A stretch of 64,000 nt of DNA. Origin: Azolla caroliniana (Eukaryota; Plantae; Polypodiophyta). Position numbers and translations under genes: made by a program. Shown piece after piece: positions 26,420 through 39,000 of this stretch (the stretch's first letter is position 1; each line of letters starts with the position of its first letter). The DNA is taken from positions 248,001-312,000 of the forward strand of contig JBHGNT010000021.1 of assembly GCA_043228905.1 (NCBI GenBank). The letters run 5' to 3'. Below the pieces are notes generated by a model. The model was not told the origin of the DNA. It ran no database searches and saw nothing but the letters and a program-made list of their open reading frames with translations.

Positions 26420-28288
26420 ATGCTAGAGAAGGGGTCATTCTATGCTCTCGGTTTTGTGAACCTTCCGAAAGCTTCTCCAACAATCGATCAGTCCGAGCTT
26501 ATTCGACTTTTGCGTTACCACATACATACTAAATCTCTGGTTCATGCTCAATTATTCCATGACCACATTATTAGATGCGGACATGATACTTATTCCTTGA
26601 TATGTTGCCTTTTACTTCAGTTTTATTTCAAATGTGGTGCTTTCAATGATGTTGTTCGGTTGTTCGACTTAACTCGTCCTTACCAAGATAACAATATCCT
26701 TTCATGGAACTTAGTCATTGGATCATGCGTCCGACAAGGTGAATATCTAGATGCCTTTCAGTATTTTGATGAAATGCAGTGTGGAGGTATTGGTTATGAT
26801 AAATTCACATTCATACAAGTGCTTTCAGCTTGTACTACTTTAGAGGAAGGATTATTGGTTTATGATCGGATCCGAGGGAGTGGTTTTGAGTTTGATACAA
26901 ATGTTGGCACGGCCACTGTTACTATGTTTGGTATAAATGGAGATGTACACAACGCTGAGAGAGCATTTGATGATATATTAGTTCGGAATGTTGTTTCTTG
27001 GAATGCATTACTATCAGTGTATGTTCAAAATAAGCAATTTTCCAAGGCTATAGCATTGTTCGATCGTATATATGAAGAAGGTATATCACCTGATAAAGTT
27101 TCTTTTGTGAACTTTTTCACAACACTTGCTCGTCATCCAATCTACATAGGTAACTGCAAGAAAGTGCATGCCTGCGCTATTTATGTTTGTATATTACATG
27201 ATAGTGTGGTCACGACATCTCTGATTTACATGTACGGCAGGCATGGTTTGTTGAGGGATGCAAAGATGATTTTTGATCAAACCGACGAAAGGAACATTGT
27301 CTCATGGAATGCTATGATAGCTGTTTATGTGCAACAAGGATACGTGGCTGATGCCCTTAACATCTATAACCTTATGAAGTTTTACGGAGTGATGCCAGAC
27401 AAGGTTACCTTCATCAGCCTTTTGGATATGTGCAAATCCTCAACAGCTTTATCTCAGGCAAAACTTATACATATGACAATACTGCATAGTAAAATTCCAA
27501 CTGATATTGTATTGGTAACATCACTTCTTAATGCATACGGAAAATGTGGTGCAGTTCATACTGCGAGAGCTTTGTTTGATACAATGATTAGCAAGAACAT
27601 TATCTCATGGAATGTAATGATTGCACTGTATGTGCAAGATGACCATGGGAAGGAATCCATTCAACTCTTTAATGAGATGCAATGTCAAAGCGTTATGCCT
27701 AACAAAGTCACCTTCATAGAAATATTTTCTGCATGCTGTACATTGCAAAAAGGAAAGTTATTACACACGCATTTTATGCATAGTGGATTTGTGATAGATG
27801 ATGTTGTTGCAAGCTCCATCATTAGCATGTATGGGAAGTGTGGTAGCACAATCGATGCACAAGAAGTGTTTAGAAAACTACATAACCATACAACAAATTC
27901 ATGGAACGCTCTGATTGCAGCATATGGGCTGAATGGAAATGCAGAAGAAGCAATTGAACTATTCAAAGGGATGATTCATCGAGGCACCTTTCCAGATGAT
28001 ATCACATTTGTGAGTCTTCTAGCTGCATGTAGCCATGCTGGGCTTTTGTATGAGGGTTGTCTCTATTTTCTTCTTATGTACCAAAAATATGGTGTAAAAC
28101 CAACTGCAGAGCATTATGATTGCATGGTTGACTTACTTTGCCGTGTTGGTTTGCTGGATCATGCAGTTTGCTTGATCAACAAGATGCCATGGAAGCCTAC
28201 TATAATATCATGGACAAGCTTACTTTGTTCCACTGAGAATTGGCAAATAAATGATTTGGATATTAGGCAATACCTGGCATGTCTGTAA
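26420..28288 (+). CDS. PLS-class pentatricopeptide repeat protein (622 aa), truncated E region, no DYW
   Basis: Intronless ORF with repeated P-L-S motifs (VVSWNA, PDKVTF, MYGKCG). C-terminal L2/S2 signature ITFVSLLAACSHAGL...HYDCMVDLL..G and start of E1 (MPWKP...WTSLL), followed by a stop. Confidence 0.93.
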   Translation: MLEKGSFYALGFVNLPKASPTIDQSELIRLLRYHIHTKSLVHAQLFHDHIIRCGHDTYSLICCLLLQFYFKCGAFNDVVRLFDLTRPYQDNNILSWNLVIGSCVRQGEYLDAFQYFDEMQCGGIGYDKFTFIQVLSACTTLEEGLLVYDRIRGSGFEFDTNVGTATVTMFGINGDVHNAERAFDDILVRNVVSWNALLSVYVQNKQFSKAIALFDRIYEEGISPDKVSFVNFFTTLARHPIYIGNCKKVHACAIYVCILHDSVVTTSLIYMYGRHGLLRDAKMIFDQTDERNIVSWNAMIAVYVQQGYVADALNIYNLMKFYGVMPDKVTFISLLDMCKSSTALSQAKLIHMTILHSKIPTDIVLVTSLLNAYGKCGAVHTARALFDTMISKNIISWNVMIALYVQDDHGKESIQLFNEMQCQSVMPNKVTFIEIFSACCTLQKGKLLHTHFMHSGFVIDDVVASSIISMYGKCGSTIDAQEVFRKLHNHTTNSWNALIAAYGLNGNAEEAIELFKGMIHRGTFPDDITFVSLLAACSHAGLLYEGCLYFLLMYQKYGVKPTAEHYDCMVDLLCRVGLLDHAVCLINKMPWKPTIISWTSLLCSTENWQINDLDIRQYLACL

Positions 28289-28919
28289 GATTCTGTAAGG
28301 GTCAAAACATTTTGATGATTCTTAATTTGAAGATTATCAATAGGTTAGCATCATATGGCACAATGCACACCTATTCCCATATCAGTCTTTGACTCTCTGG
28401 TTCTAGATGAAGACATCTCCTGAAAATATTTTGATCAATGTCTATAAATCTGCAGATGAGGCTGTGGATAATTGATGGAGCTAAGGTTGCTTTCCTCATG
28501 TATTTTCAGCAACTCAATTCAAATGAATATTGTACTCCCTCAGTACATGATAATTTTCATTTGCTTTTCTTTTAGATGCATTTCATATTCGGTTGCTTGC
28601 ACCTTTAATTTCAGCTGCTGTTTTTTAAATCGCAAATTCTTTATTTCTGCCTTAGTTTTTCTCTTTCCTCTTCTTCAAAGCCTATAAAACCATCAGGAAA
28701 AATGTGATTCTTTTAAGGAAATCCTACCAAACTTATTTGTTTCAGCCAAATTTTCTTGATTTTGAAGATAAAGTGGCGGTTAGGCAGCAAGGTGAGTCAT
28801 ATAAAGAGTACATGAAGGAAGGAGTGTTTATAATAAACCCATGTAACTCAAACCAAGATGTCCTTACAGCATATGAAGATGAGATATCCTTCTTTATGAC
28901 AACTTCTCTTGAAGCTTAG

Positions 28920-29240
28920 AGAGCCAATTTCATTCCTGGGTAGATCTAGCGTGGAACTCCAATGTGCCCTAAATTTAGTTCACGCATAAATAGAAAACCT
29001 GCCACCATCTTAGATTTTATATGATGATCACGATGTTATTGATTCACCTTGACATCATTATAGTGGATCAATAAAGGTCAAGGTGATGTCAAGGTGAATT
29101 AATAACATTGATTCACCTTGATATTGTTATTGAGTAAAATGGTGGTGTTCATATCTCATGTAGTCTTATTGATCGTACCACAAGGAGTTCCAACAAAATT
29201 AGTTACGAAGTAAGGTCACCATGAATTAAAATGGCGCATA
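28920..29240. repeat. Fold-back (MITE-like) element with central 25-bp hairpin
   Basis: 29033-29057 and 29084-29108 are reverse complements with one G:T pair. Outer matching motifs GGAACTCC/GGAGTTCC and CCACCAT/ATGGTGG. Confidence 0.6.
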
Positions 29241-31133
29241 TGCATTAGTGCACCAAATTTCAGCCTAGTGCTGGTTAACTTAAAAAAATTGCTCTCTTTG
29301 CTAACTATTTGTGTGAATTTATCATCAACATTAGGTCCACAAGCATTATATTTTTACTTTTCTAGTTTCTATTTCTTGTTTGCTCTAGGTAGTCAATGGT
29401 GATATGAATGAGTATAGCTATCTCTAATACGGTCTATTTAATCTCTCTTTGGGAAACTATGTAAGCATGTACAAACCATGCAATTTGTAATATGTTTTTG
29501 ATCATACTATAAAGAGATAGGTATTCATATTCTTTATGTCATCGTGTTACATTTGTGTCAAGTAATTAACTTTGTAAATAAGTCTTTGATAAAAGTGCTT
29601 CTTGGCCTCCATTAAAAACACAATTTGGCTCATGATTCATGTCATTTCTATCTTAATGCTCAATGTTCAAGAACTTTACCCATGAATGTTGCAGTCCAAA
29701 GTTTTTGAAATTCTCTCTCTCTCTCTTATCATAATTAGCTCACGTTGGTGGTAAGTTGTTGCATTATGTCTTGGGTTCGAAACCCAATTCTTTCACTTCT
29801 CTATTACTTCAAACATATCTCTTAATTCACTAGATGCCACTATGGAATGTAGGGGTTGGTTGAACCCATGCCCTCTTGGTCTCCATTGGGCAACCTTACC
29901 TACCAATTGAACTACATCCATCCGGGCACTCTCCCTCCCTCCCTCCCTCTCTCTCTCTCTCTCTCTAAACAAGTTAGTTGTGGATGGTCGTTTAAACCGA
30001 CAAACATGAAATCTAGACATTTGGAAGGCCTTTGTAGGATTGATGATTGCAAAAATTGAAGGGATTAGAACCTATCCTTCTCAAATCATGAGGTGGGCAC
30101 ATAAACACTATGTTTTGATTTGAAAGCTCTTGGAAGTGTGGATGATCAAAAAATAAAATATGCATTGGATGTCCATCAAATTGGTATTTGGAAGAACCCG
30201 TCGAAAGATCTTGGGTTCCCATGAACATAAAAAGTTGTCACTCAACTTGTTCCCACACACATATGCATTCCAACTTTGTATAATCTATCATGCTACCCTA
30301 CCGTGAGCCCGATATATGTTTATGGTTTGTTCTTCGACAAATAATATGTTTTTGTGTTCCCCCCTCTATCCCAATTCATCTCGGGTTCTAAATATAAGTT
30401 GAAGTTGGCTTCGTCTGATACACATTTTCCGTGCTTCCTTTTCATCCCCATTTAGATGAACTTAGAATGGCCCATGTCCTCTTGAGTGGCCATGTTTGCA
30501 TTGGGAATTCGGGTGAAAGGTCACTCGATGTTCATACTTCCCTCTCTCTCTCTTGGAAACTCCTTGGCCAATTTTGGTCTTAGAAGACGTTAATATACAT
30601 ATCTTTCTTTCTCACTCTCTCACTCTCACTCTCTCTCTCTCTCTCTCTATAAATATATGTACATCAATGTATAGAAAGGCTTCATACGTATTTAAAAAGA
30701 AAAACACATACATACATGATAGAATACATACGTACAGAAACTGTAGTGGTTTTTGAAAGGGCGGCGCAGGAACATAGAGACAATGCCACTCAAAACGAAA
30801 GGCTATTTATTATAAAGGAAAGGAAGTGAAGGGGTTTGTTTGTTTGTTTGTTTCATTCGTTCCTCTTTCATTTAGTCACCACAGCTCTTCTGTGCCTGTC
30901 CATCCCATCCCATCCCATCCCATCCCATGCAGGAGAAGGAGAAGGAGAAGGAGAAGGAGAAGGAGAAGGAGAAGGAGAAGGAGAAGGAGAAAGAGCAGGA
31001 GAAGAGCAAGAAGCAGGCGCACAGAGCGAGGCCTGCCCGTCCACGGAACAAGACACGCCTAAAAGCTTTTCAACTGTAGCCAAAGAAGAAGAAGAAGGAG
31101 AAGAAGGAGAAGGAGGAGGAGGAGGAGGAGGAG

Positions 31134-32609
31134 ATGGCGGCGCCATGGTTGAGGAGGAATTCTGGGTGCCCATTCCACTGTCGTTGCGACTCGTATAGCC
31201 CAGACAGCGACAGGCAACACGAACCTCATCATATCTGTAGCGCCGGAACTTGCTCCTGCTATGGTCGAGACAACCACATTTGTGGTTGCTCCGCCATGTC
31301 ATGCCGGAGACCTGGGCTGACCACCCCCTATAACCATGTCCCCATCCAAAAAGGCTACATGTCCTCCTCCCATCAACCTGGACAAATTCCTTCTCTGACT
31401 GCCCGAGAGCCATCTGACATGATGAAGTTTGCCAATGTGAATGCTTGGATGCGCCGCATCTCTCTTATGCTCCAGAAAGAGGAAGAGATGAAGGCCCCAG
31501 GGACAACATGGTACCAGGACTTGTTAGTGACCCCAAAACATTTGTCAGACGGCAATCATCGCAGCAGCACGCCAGAGGACGATGATACTGGCGTGCCACA
31601 AGACGGGCATTCGTCATCAAGGGGAAATGGAAATGGACATCACAATGTGCTGGAGCATAAGTCACAACTAGATCAGCGTCGGCCTATGGACCCTTCCAAG
31701 AAGCTGGGCAAGATCTGGGACCAATGGAACTGCAATCTGCATCTGAGGCGTATCTCAGAGATCTCACGGGGCTCCGCAGCATGCCTACTTGTTGACCAAC
31801 ATGTCCACAGGCGCCTCACCCACCACATGCTCCGCCACATTGTCGAAGTTGGACGAGCTTTGCCCAACGACATGGAAAAGTCTCTTTACCTGGAGGAGCT
31901 CATGCCACCTCCCGTTGCCATCCTCCCTCCTGACGAGCAGGATGCATCTGATTCTAACATGAGATGGTCTCTAGTTGCCAATGACACTATGGCTACTGCT
32001 AATAGTAGTAGTAGTAGTAGTGGCAATAATAACCATAACGTATACATACCCAAACGCCTTAAGGATGCCACTTATGCTGACCTCCTCCATATATCTACGT
32101 CCAGGGCTAAGAACAACCCGAAGCGAATTGCTGCAAATGCAACTGCGGCTGCCGAGGATCGGCGTGCATTGGATCCTTCTGAGACAGTTGCATCGAGCAG
32201 CAAGGACAATCATACTAAAAACAAGAACCTTCCTGGCAAGAAGAAGCCGAGACCCACCATGAATAATAAAACTAGTAATCACAACATTGCAGCCGCTGCA
32301 CTAGCCACCTCAGCCTTTGCAAACATGTTGGTGTCTAGTGGCACCAAAGTGAACGAGTCTGCCGATGTGATTGATGCCCTTGAATCTGCAGAACATCAAC
32401 TTCAATGTGATGCCTTTGAACGTGGTTTCATTGGAAAGTTCACCATCCACGACATTAGATCTCAGATGATTTTGTTTTTGGATGAAATCATGGTAGGGAT
32501 GGATCCATTGGATCAGATTGGCATTTACTATGGTTACCACCCTGTTAATATGTGTTTTATGATGTCCATGGCATCAAATCTTTTACCAATCAATAGAAAA
32601 ATGGAATGA
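31134..32609 (+). CDS. Uncharacterised 491-aa protein (Cys/His-rich N-terminus, low-complexity linkers)
   Basis: Long open frame in GC-elevated DNA, good start context (GAGATGG), TATAAA at ~30811 and a microsatellite-rich leader like neighbouring genes. No domain recognised. Confidence 0.6.
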   Translation: MAAPWLRRNSGCPFHCRCDSYSPDSDRQHEPHHICSAGTCSCYGRDNHICGCSAMSCRRPGLTTPYNHVPIQKGYMSSSHQPGQIPSLTAREPSDMMKFANVNAWMRRISLMLQKEEEMKAPGTTWYQDLLVTPKHLSDGNHRSSTPEDDDTGVPQDGHSSSRGNGNGHHNVLEHKSQLDQRRPMDPSKKLGKIWDQWNCNLHLRRISEISRGSAACLLVDQHVHRRLTHHMLRHIVEVGRALPNDMEKSLYLEELMPPPVAILPPDEQDASDSNMRWSLVANDTMATANSSSSSSGNNNHNVYIPKRLKDATYADLLHISTSRAKNNPKRIAANATAAAEDRRALDPSETVASSSKDNHTKNKNLPGKKKPRPTMNNKTSNHNIAAAALATSAFANMLVSSGTKVNESADVIDALESAEHQLQCDAFERGFIGKFTIHDIRSQMILFLDEIMVGMDPLDQIGIYYGYHPVNMCFMMSMASNLLPINRKME

Positions 32610-33504
32610 GGAAATGGCGACCTAGACACGTGCTAGCTGTAGGGGGGTCCGATGTTACATAAAGTTAGATTAAACAGCATGCATTTCAGATATCAAAGTT
32701 CACCAATGATACTAAGCAACATATACAAGAAGAAATTGAGAGATCATGATCTCCAAACTAATTCATTACATTACATCTGACCATGCTATCCTCTTGTGGG
32801 CTTGTTATTTGATGGGCAACAACTGCTTATCATGGGGGATGTTTCCTCATGCATGAGGGCACACATTATAAGCTATCACAACATCCGTACATTTCTTTGA
32901 TGTCTACTTGGCCTATGAAACCGAAAAACTTCATATTAGGTTTACCAAAATTTGTATGCATATATCTACTTGACTAGAGTTTTCACTTGTATGCAGCCAC
33001 AATGTTTGAGGGATCGTGATAAGGGTGAGTTAGAGCAGAGCGTGATCAATGACATCATTCAAGCAGGCCAAGATGGGAAACTACCTAGTCGATTGCAACC
33101 AATCAAAACAATAGTTGAACTAGCTTGTCTTTTTGCATTAACTAACTCGAGACCTTGATTTGTTTGGTTCCACACTTTGGATTTTGCTACTCCACTGCAA
33201 TTGGTTTGTTATCACCATTTTATGTTATTTTTACTGTTTTGTTTTACATTCATAGCAAGTCCATTGGTGGGATGTTAGATACGGCTTGTATCAGCTTTGA
33301 CAGAAAATAAAAATAATTCAACATTATGATTAATATTTTTTAATTCAGCACTATCATATAACAAAAACTGCAATCAATATCTAGCCACGCCAGCTGTGAA
33401 AATAACCTGTTTGTGATTAATAGTGATGATATGTAAATGCAATTTGAATTAAGAATATATGCCTTCCATGTGAAGTTAATAGAAAAAAACTGAGAAACAT
33501 AGAC

Positions 33505-33880
33505 GTTATTATAGTGTCATCTACTAGAGGCCAAAATTAGGCCTGACATAAACCATGATTAAAATGGGTGAATTCATGTTTTCCAACAAAACTAAAATCT
33601 CTAGGTTCCTAAGGCTACATGATCATGATCTTAATTTGTGGTAGAACGATTTTGGAGGTCTAGTTGTTATCTCATTCATGTACACAACATTAGCTACAAT
33701 ATGCTTGTCCAAATTTCATAGGATTTTATTTGTGTCATCTACTAGATGCCAAAATTAGACTATGTGACAAACCACAACTAAAAGCATGGGTGAATTCATG
33801 TTATACAACAACAATAAAAGCTTTAGGTTCCTAAACCTACATGATCATGATCTTAATGTGGTTGAATTATCATGATCATG
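33505..33880. repeat. Diverged tandem duplication, 2 x ~220 bp
   Basis: GTGTCATCTACTAGA.GCCAAAATTAG...ATGGGTGAATTCATGTT...AGGTTCCTAA..CTACATGATCATGATCTTAAT occurs twice. Confidence 0.75.
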
Positions 33881-35411
33881 ATCTAAAATGGATTATTGCG
33901 TAATGATCATGGAGTAACATCAAACAATTCCCCAACTTGGTTGTGCAAGCAACTTACACCAGTGAAATTAACAATATTCTAACTAGTGTTGTAGGGGGTT
34001 TACTTGTGCATGAAGAAGCAAAATATATAATATCAATTAGAAACCACAAGCATGACCTTATCGTGGCTCCTCGAAAAGTTGCAAAACAATTAATATATAC
34101 TATTGTGATCAAAGACTAGTTTACGAGATATTACACAACCAATTATTTCCATGGTGCCAAAAAAGAAAAAGACATTCTTGCATTATTTGAAGACATTCTT
34201 GCATTATTTGGACTTCACATGATCATATTTGCACCCAAAAAGGGGAGATGTGCTTTAGATACAAATGATTCCAATAAGATGAGACATTTGTTGGTAACCA
34301 ACCTTGGGTTTCCATTGCATGAATACCTTTGGAAGACATGAATGTCATGATATCAAAATCCAAATTTCGGGATCACTGTGGGCATGTAATAATAGAATAT
34401 ATACATGTACTTAAGAGCCAGAGGTAGATATATCGAACCCAAAGAAGCTGCAATTGGCTGATGGATGTTCAGAAAAATTTCAAATGTTGACAAATGTCGT
34501 ACTCGTCCTTGGGCCCAAATATTGGGGCACAGTATGTAGATGTAGTATATACTCAAGGCAGAACAAAAGAACAAAACGGGTGAGACAGAAGTATGCAGTC
34601 TCCAATATTTATGAAAGTGAATGCAGACGTTGGAACTAGTGCCATTGGAAGACATAGTGGAGACACAAAAGACAGTGGTTTTGGCAAAAAGCTACACATT
34701 TATTTATTCAAATGGATCCTTTTAATGCTTTTCCAAACCTCAAGTGTTACCATAACCACCACTTAGAGAGGATCATAAACAGCAAAAACCTTACACGAGA
34801 TACATACTGAGCAACTAACAAGTGACAGGTAATATAACGATAGTAACATCAGCACTGCAGCATGTTTTCAGCTGCTCAAATGCAATGGCATGCAATCATA
34901 AAAACTACTCGATGTATGCATGTGGAAGCAATTATGCCGTTTTATGCTTCATATGAATGAAAGAAGACAGTCAATCCTAAGGGAACAACTACTTTTTTGT
35001 GTTCCTTCATGAATAATCTTCTCAATAAAGAAATTAGGTCTTCAGTTATGCCATTACCTTAACAGAACAGGATAAGCCAAATCTTACCTACATTTCATGC
35101 AAATAATCTTCAGCAGGACAGTTGGAAATAAGAATATGTTTCATCTTGCCAAATATCCATTTGTTTTTGCATGAAAAGCTCACAAATATTTATTGTCTAC
35201 ATGCAACAGAAAAGAAATCCCAAGAAAAATTTGAACCAAAGACTATACGTTCCATAGTAAAATGCTTTCTAGAGTCGTTTCCAGAAACAGTACCCTTCAA
35301 ACGGACAATTGAAGAAGGTGGTCCCAACATTTAACTAAAGTGAAGGGAGAAGAAAAAATGCTATTATATATTTCTGGTAAGTAGATAATACATTTATCAT
35401 GTATTTTCATT

Positions 35412-38285
35412 TTATTTTGACAGCCTCTTCCATGCCATAAAAGTGGTTGCAGCCGAAAGTGTAAACCTGCAGAACAAAAACAAGTACACAATAAGAAGCA
35501 AAGACAAGTTGGACAGCTTTCAATGTATATGCCAGGGGGGAAAAAACAGCCTACCATGTGATAGCATAACTCAAGTGATCCCGCGGCATGATCGATGAGC
35601 TAATTAGAGTTTCTGGATCCTTTGGGATTGGATACTGTTTCCCTCGAAAAGTTTCAGTATTTTCAAGCAAGGCTTCAATATAAAGTGTATTTTCTGGCAG
35701 CTTGGCATGAGAAACCATGGCAGGAATATCAATAAAGAACCATTGTCCAGATGAAGGCTCATTTGGTGGTACAAACATGTTTGGATTCTCACTTGCTCTT
35801 ATTATACCTACCACTTTCACAGTCTGCAATTTGGGTTCGTGAACCTGGATAATAAATCGAAACATTTTAAGGAAATTTAAAATAAGATTCCTCTAAGGAC
35901 TCTGGAATTTCATGAAGTTGTGTACTTCTGAGTTCAGGAAAAATGGTGATTTTCTAGATCTATGTATTGCATTCAGTCTAACCATATGGAATCTAATATG
36001 ACATTCATTTGAAAGGGCTTGATGAGCAGCAGTAGGTTTCTAGATCTGTAATTTAAATAAAGAAGTAACAGGATTTTTTCTTCCAAAGAGTTAATCCTGC
36101 TACATATTATACTTGGACAACTCTTCACAGCATCTCACGGCTCCTTTCAATTATTCTCAGTAATAAGGGGAGAGTAAAAGACTCAAGTTTCTTTCAGATT
36201 GGCCCTAATGGTCTTTTTCATTCTCTTTTAACTTGGAAATAAATGATGATAAAAAGTTTCAAAATCTCTAGCTAGTAAAGCATGGCTTACTTATGGGTAG
36301 ATTTTGTGGCAATAGAATAAACTCCTCCATGTCAACACCAAGCTCCATGCACTCCTAACTAAGAGCTCTATTATATAGTCCTAGATTCATGGATCAAGAT
36401 ACATTTGTTTAAATTCATGAAGCAAACTGCCAATCTGACCTCCATAGTTTCAGTTTTTTTTCCAAATAATGTCGCTAAAAATCCTGTGTTTTGTACATTG
36501 GGACTGGCAGGTTTAGCTGAAGTTTCCATTTGCTCATCTTGCTTTCGCATGGAAGGATCGTCACGCCAGCTGCCAGGTACCCAACCACGATTCACCAATA
36601 CAGGAACCTGTAAACTAAGATTACAACATTCCATTATAGATATTCGAACTTCCATTAACCACATATATAAACGAAGTTATTTAACAAGACAAGACCCTCA
36701 TTATCTAATAATTTATGTAAAATTGACAGGCTTATGTGCTCAGTTGAAAATGGTATACAAAAAAGCAAGACAATGTATATGCGAGTTATGAGGGAGTACA
36801 TACCTTCAGAACACAAACGTATTTAATATTATAATTATGGGAGAAGAAGAAGAAAAAAGACAATAAGTACACAAGCTTTTAATATAAAAGAGAGTGTAGA
36901 CTATCACAACTACAGCTCCCAAACTCAATTAATAACTTTCATACTAAGCAATATGCGATTGATACCTCTCCATGTACACAGTTAAAATGCATGCTCCTTT
37001 TTCATTTAATAATATCTTCTATTAAAAAACGTTACAATAATCTGATGAGGTTCACCTACATTGTGCTGTTTGCTTGGACAGGAGTTAGAGGAGTTATAAG
37101 GTAGTATCCCCGCTCAGTAACACCATGTTTAGTTCGTCCACGAGGACCTAAAAATATTGATTTTTCTTCATCATAAATTCCTTCACATTGCACCCTCTTG
37201 TACTCCAATGCTTGAAGTGAATTGCTGCTTATCTTGTCCAAATGATCACTTTGCACTGAATCACTGTAAACCGAGTTCAAAGCCACCTCCAGAGGAAGAA
37301 TTTCATCCTTAAGCCTACTCCGTTGGTATTCAAGCACCTCCAACTGATTAAATCCAGAAAATAATCTCAGCCAAATGTGATGCAATTCAAGCGGCCTGTA
37401 TCCTTGTTATTATACCTTCCATTCCCGGCGTTTAAGCTGCCAACAACCAAGTCCAAATGTGGCAAGCCCTGGTATGAACAAAAATACACCCGACCAGTGT
37501 CGTCCCTTATTACCTGCACTACAGAAGTTAGGAGGGGCTTATATAATATGCTGAAGTGGAAATACTCTTTTAACTCGGCATACTTAAATATAGTGTCAGT
37601 CCAACTCTATTATTGAAGCTTTATAATGTCAGTCCAACACTATTATTGATGAACTGCGATGTTAACTAAAAATTTATTGTTAGACAAAGCTTTCTCATGT
37701 TTGGGCACCACCATTGTTAAAGAGCTACGGTGCCATTTTTCTGGTAAAATATAGACATTGATATTCCACATCTACAACAACACTAAATTGAGTTTATCCA
37801 CCACCATTGTTAATTGAGCTAAGATGTTGTCCTAACAGTAAAAAAGCTAAAACTTACGCTCAGTAACTAGGTTTATTCATCATTGTTGTATCTGGCACTA
37901 CGATGCCCTTAACAGTAAAAAGAGATAATAATAAAAAAACTCGAAATTCCTCATGTGATAAATCCAACAGCTTCCTCAGGGAAATTTCTACCATGCATCA
38001 ACCATTGACGAATCTAAGGTGTCTTGTTTAATAGGAAGAAGCAGAACTAAAGAGGTTTGGCCTGTATATCCATCGTCATCATTGATGAAACCAAGGTGTG
38101 TCTTCAACAGAGAAAGGGAAAGAAAAAGAGAAAGATGAAGATGTAGTACCTGTTTTGGATCCAGGAAGCACTGCAGGTCTGGACTGCGTGGAAGAGGATG
38201 TTGCGAGTCCTTCGGTGGAGCGGAAGAGGATGCCACGCAGGGCGGGGCCCTGATGACGATGACGAAGTCGGAGTTGAGGGGACAT
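35412..38285 (-). CDS. SURF1: Surfeit locus protein 1 (cytochrome c oxidase assembly), 6 exons: 38285-38150, 37513-37416, 37343-37060, 36614-36440, 35844-35555, 35466-35412
   Basis: All GT-AG introns are phase-consistent. Motifs: Arg/Ser-rich presequence-like N-terminus, TM FGLGCWQLKRREWK, LEYKRV.CEG, GYYLITPL, VLVNRGWVP, WFFIDIPAM, HLSYAITWFTLSA. Confidence 0.95.
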
Positions 38286-38799
38286 TACATATGTATGAGA
38301 GAGAGAGAGAGTGTGTGTGTGTGTAAAGAAATATAGCTTCTCCTTCTCCTTCTCCTTCTTCTCCGACGATCGCCAATCGCGTTTATGAGCAGAAGCAGAC
38401 GCAGACGCAGACGCAGAAAGCAAAGATCGATGAAGGAATGAATGAAGACTTACTTCACTTCCTTGAAGCAGAAGCAGAAGCAGAAAGCAAAGATCGATGA
38501 AGGAATGAATGAAGACTTCACTTCCTTCAAAAATTTGGCTCCATTCTCATTCTCTCTAATCTGTCAATGAAGACATTCCTCCTCCTCCTCCTCCTCATCG
38601 ACTACCACCACCACCAACAACAACAACAACAACAACAACAACGCCTTGTGCCTTCTTCTTCTTCTTCTTCTTCTTCTAAACAAACCAAAACAATTAATTA
38701 TAGGCGTAGGGCGTTTGGGACACTCACTCGTAGAATCCATTCTCGTGGGCTTTTATGGCAATTGGAGATTAATGCCCAATCGCATAAGAAACTGCCTTT

Positions 38800-39000
38800 T
38801 GTAAGAGGTCTAATGGAGCCTGCCACAACTGGCTAGCAAGCAGAAATGGAAGTAACAAAGAAACAGATAAAAGAACAAAGTCAAAGAAAGACATAAAGTT
38901 TAACATAAAAATCCTAAATGGGAAAAATGATGGGAGCCCACAAACTCCAAACAAAATCACTATATATGAGAGAGTATACAAGACTCAAGGCTAGAACCTT
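38800..39000 (-). mobile_element. Degraded LTR fragment, same family as 57558-58195
   Basis: Shares CCACAAC.GG.TAGCAAGC.GAAATG and ATGGGAAAAA...GGG..CCCACAAACTCCAAAC with the 57558 element. Confidence 0.6.

Noticed and set aside
30826-31413. Poly-R, GE-repeat and SP-repeat ORFs
   Set aside because: Derived from (GGAGAA)n and (CCCAT)n microsatellites upstream of the 491-aa ORF.
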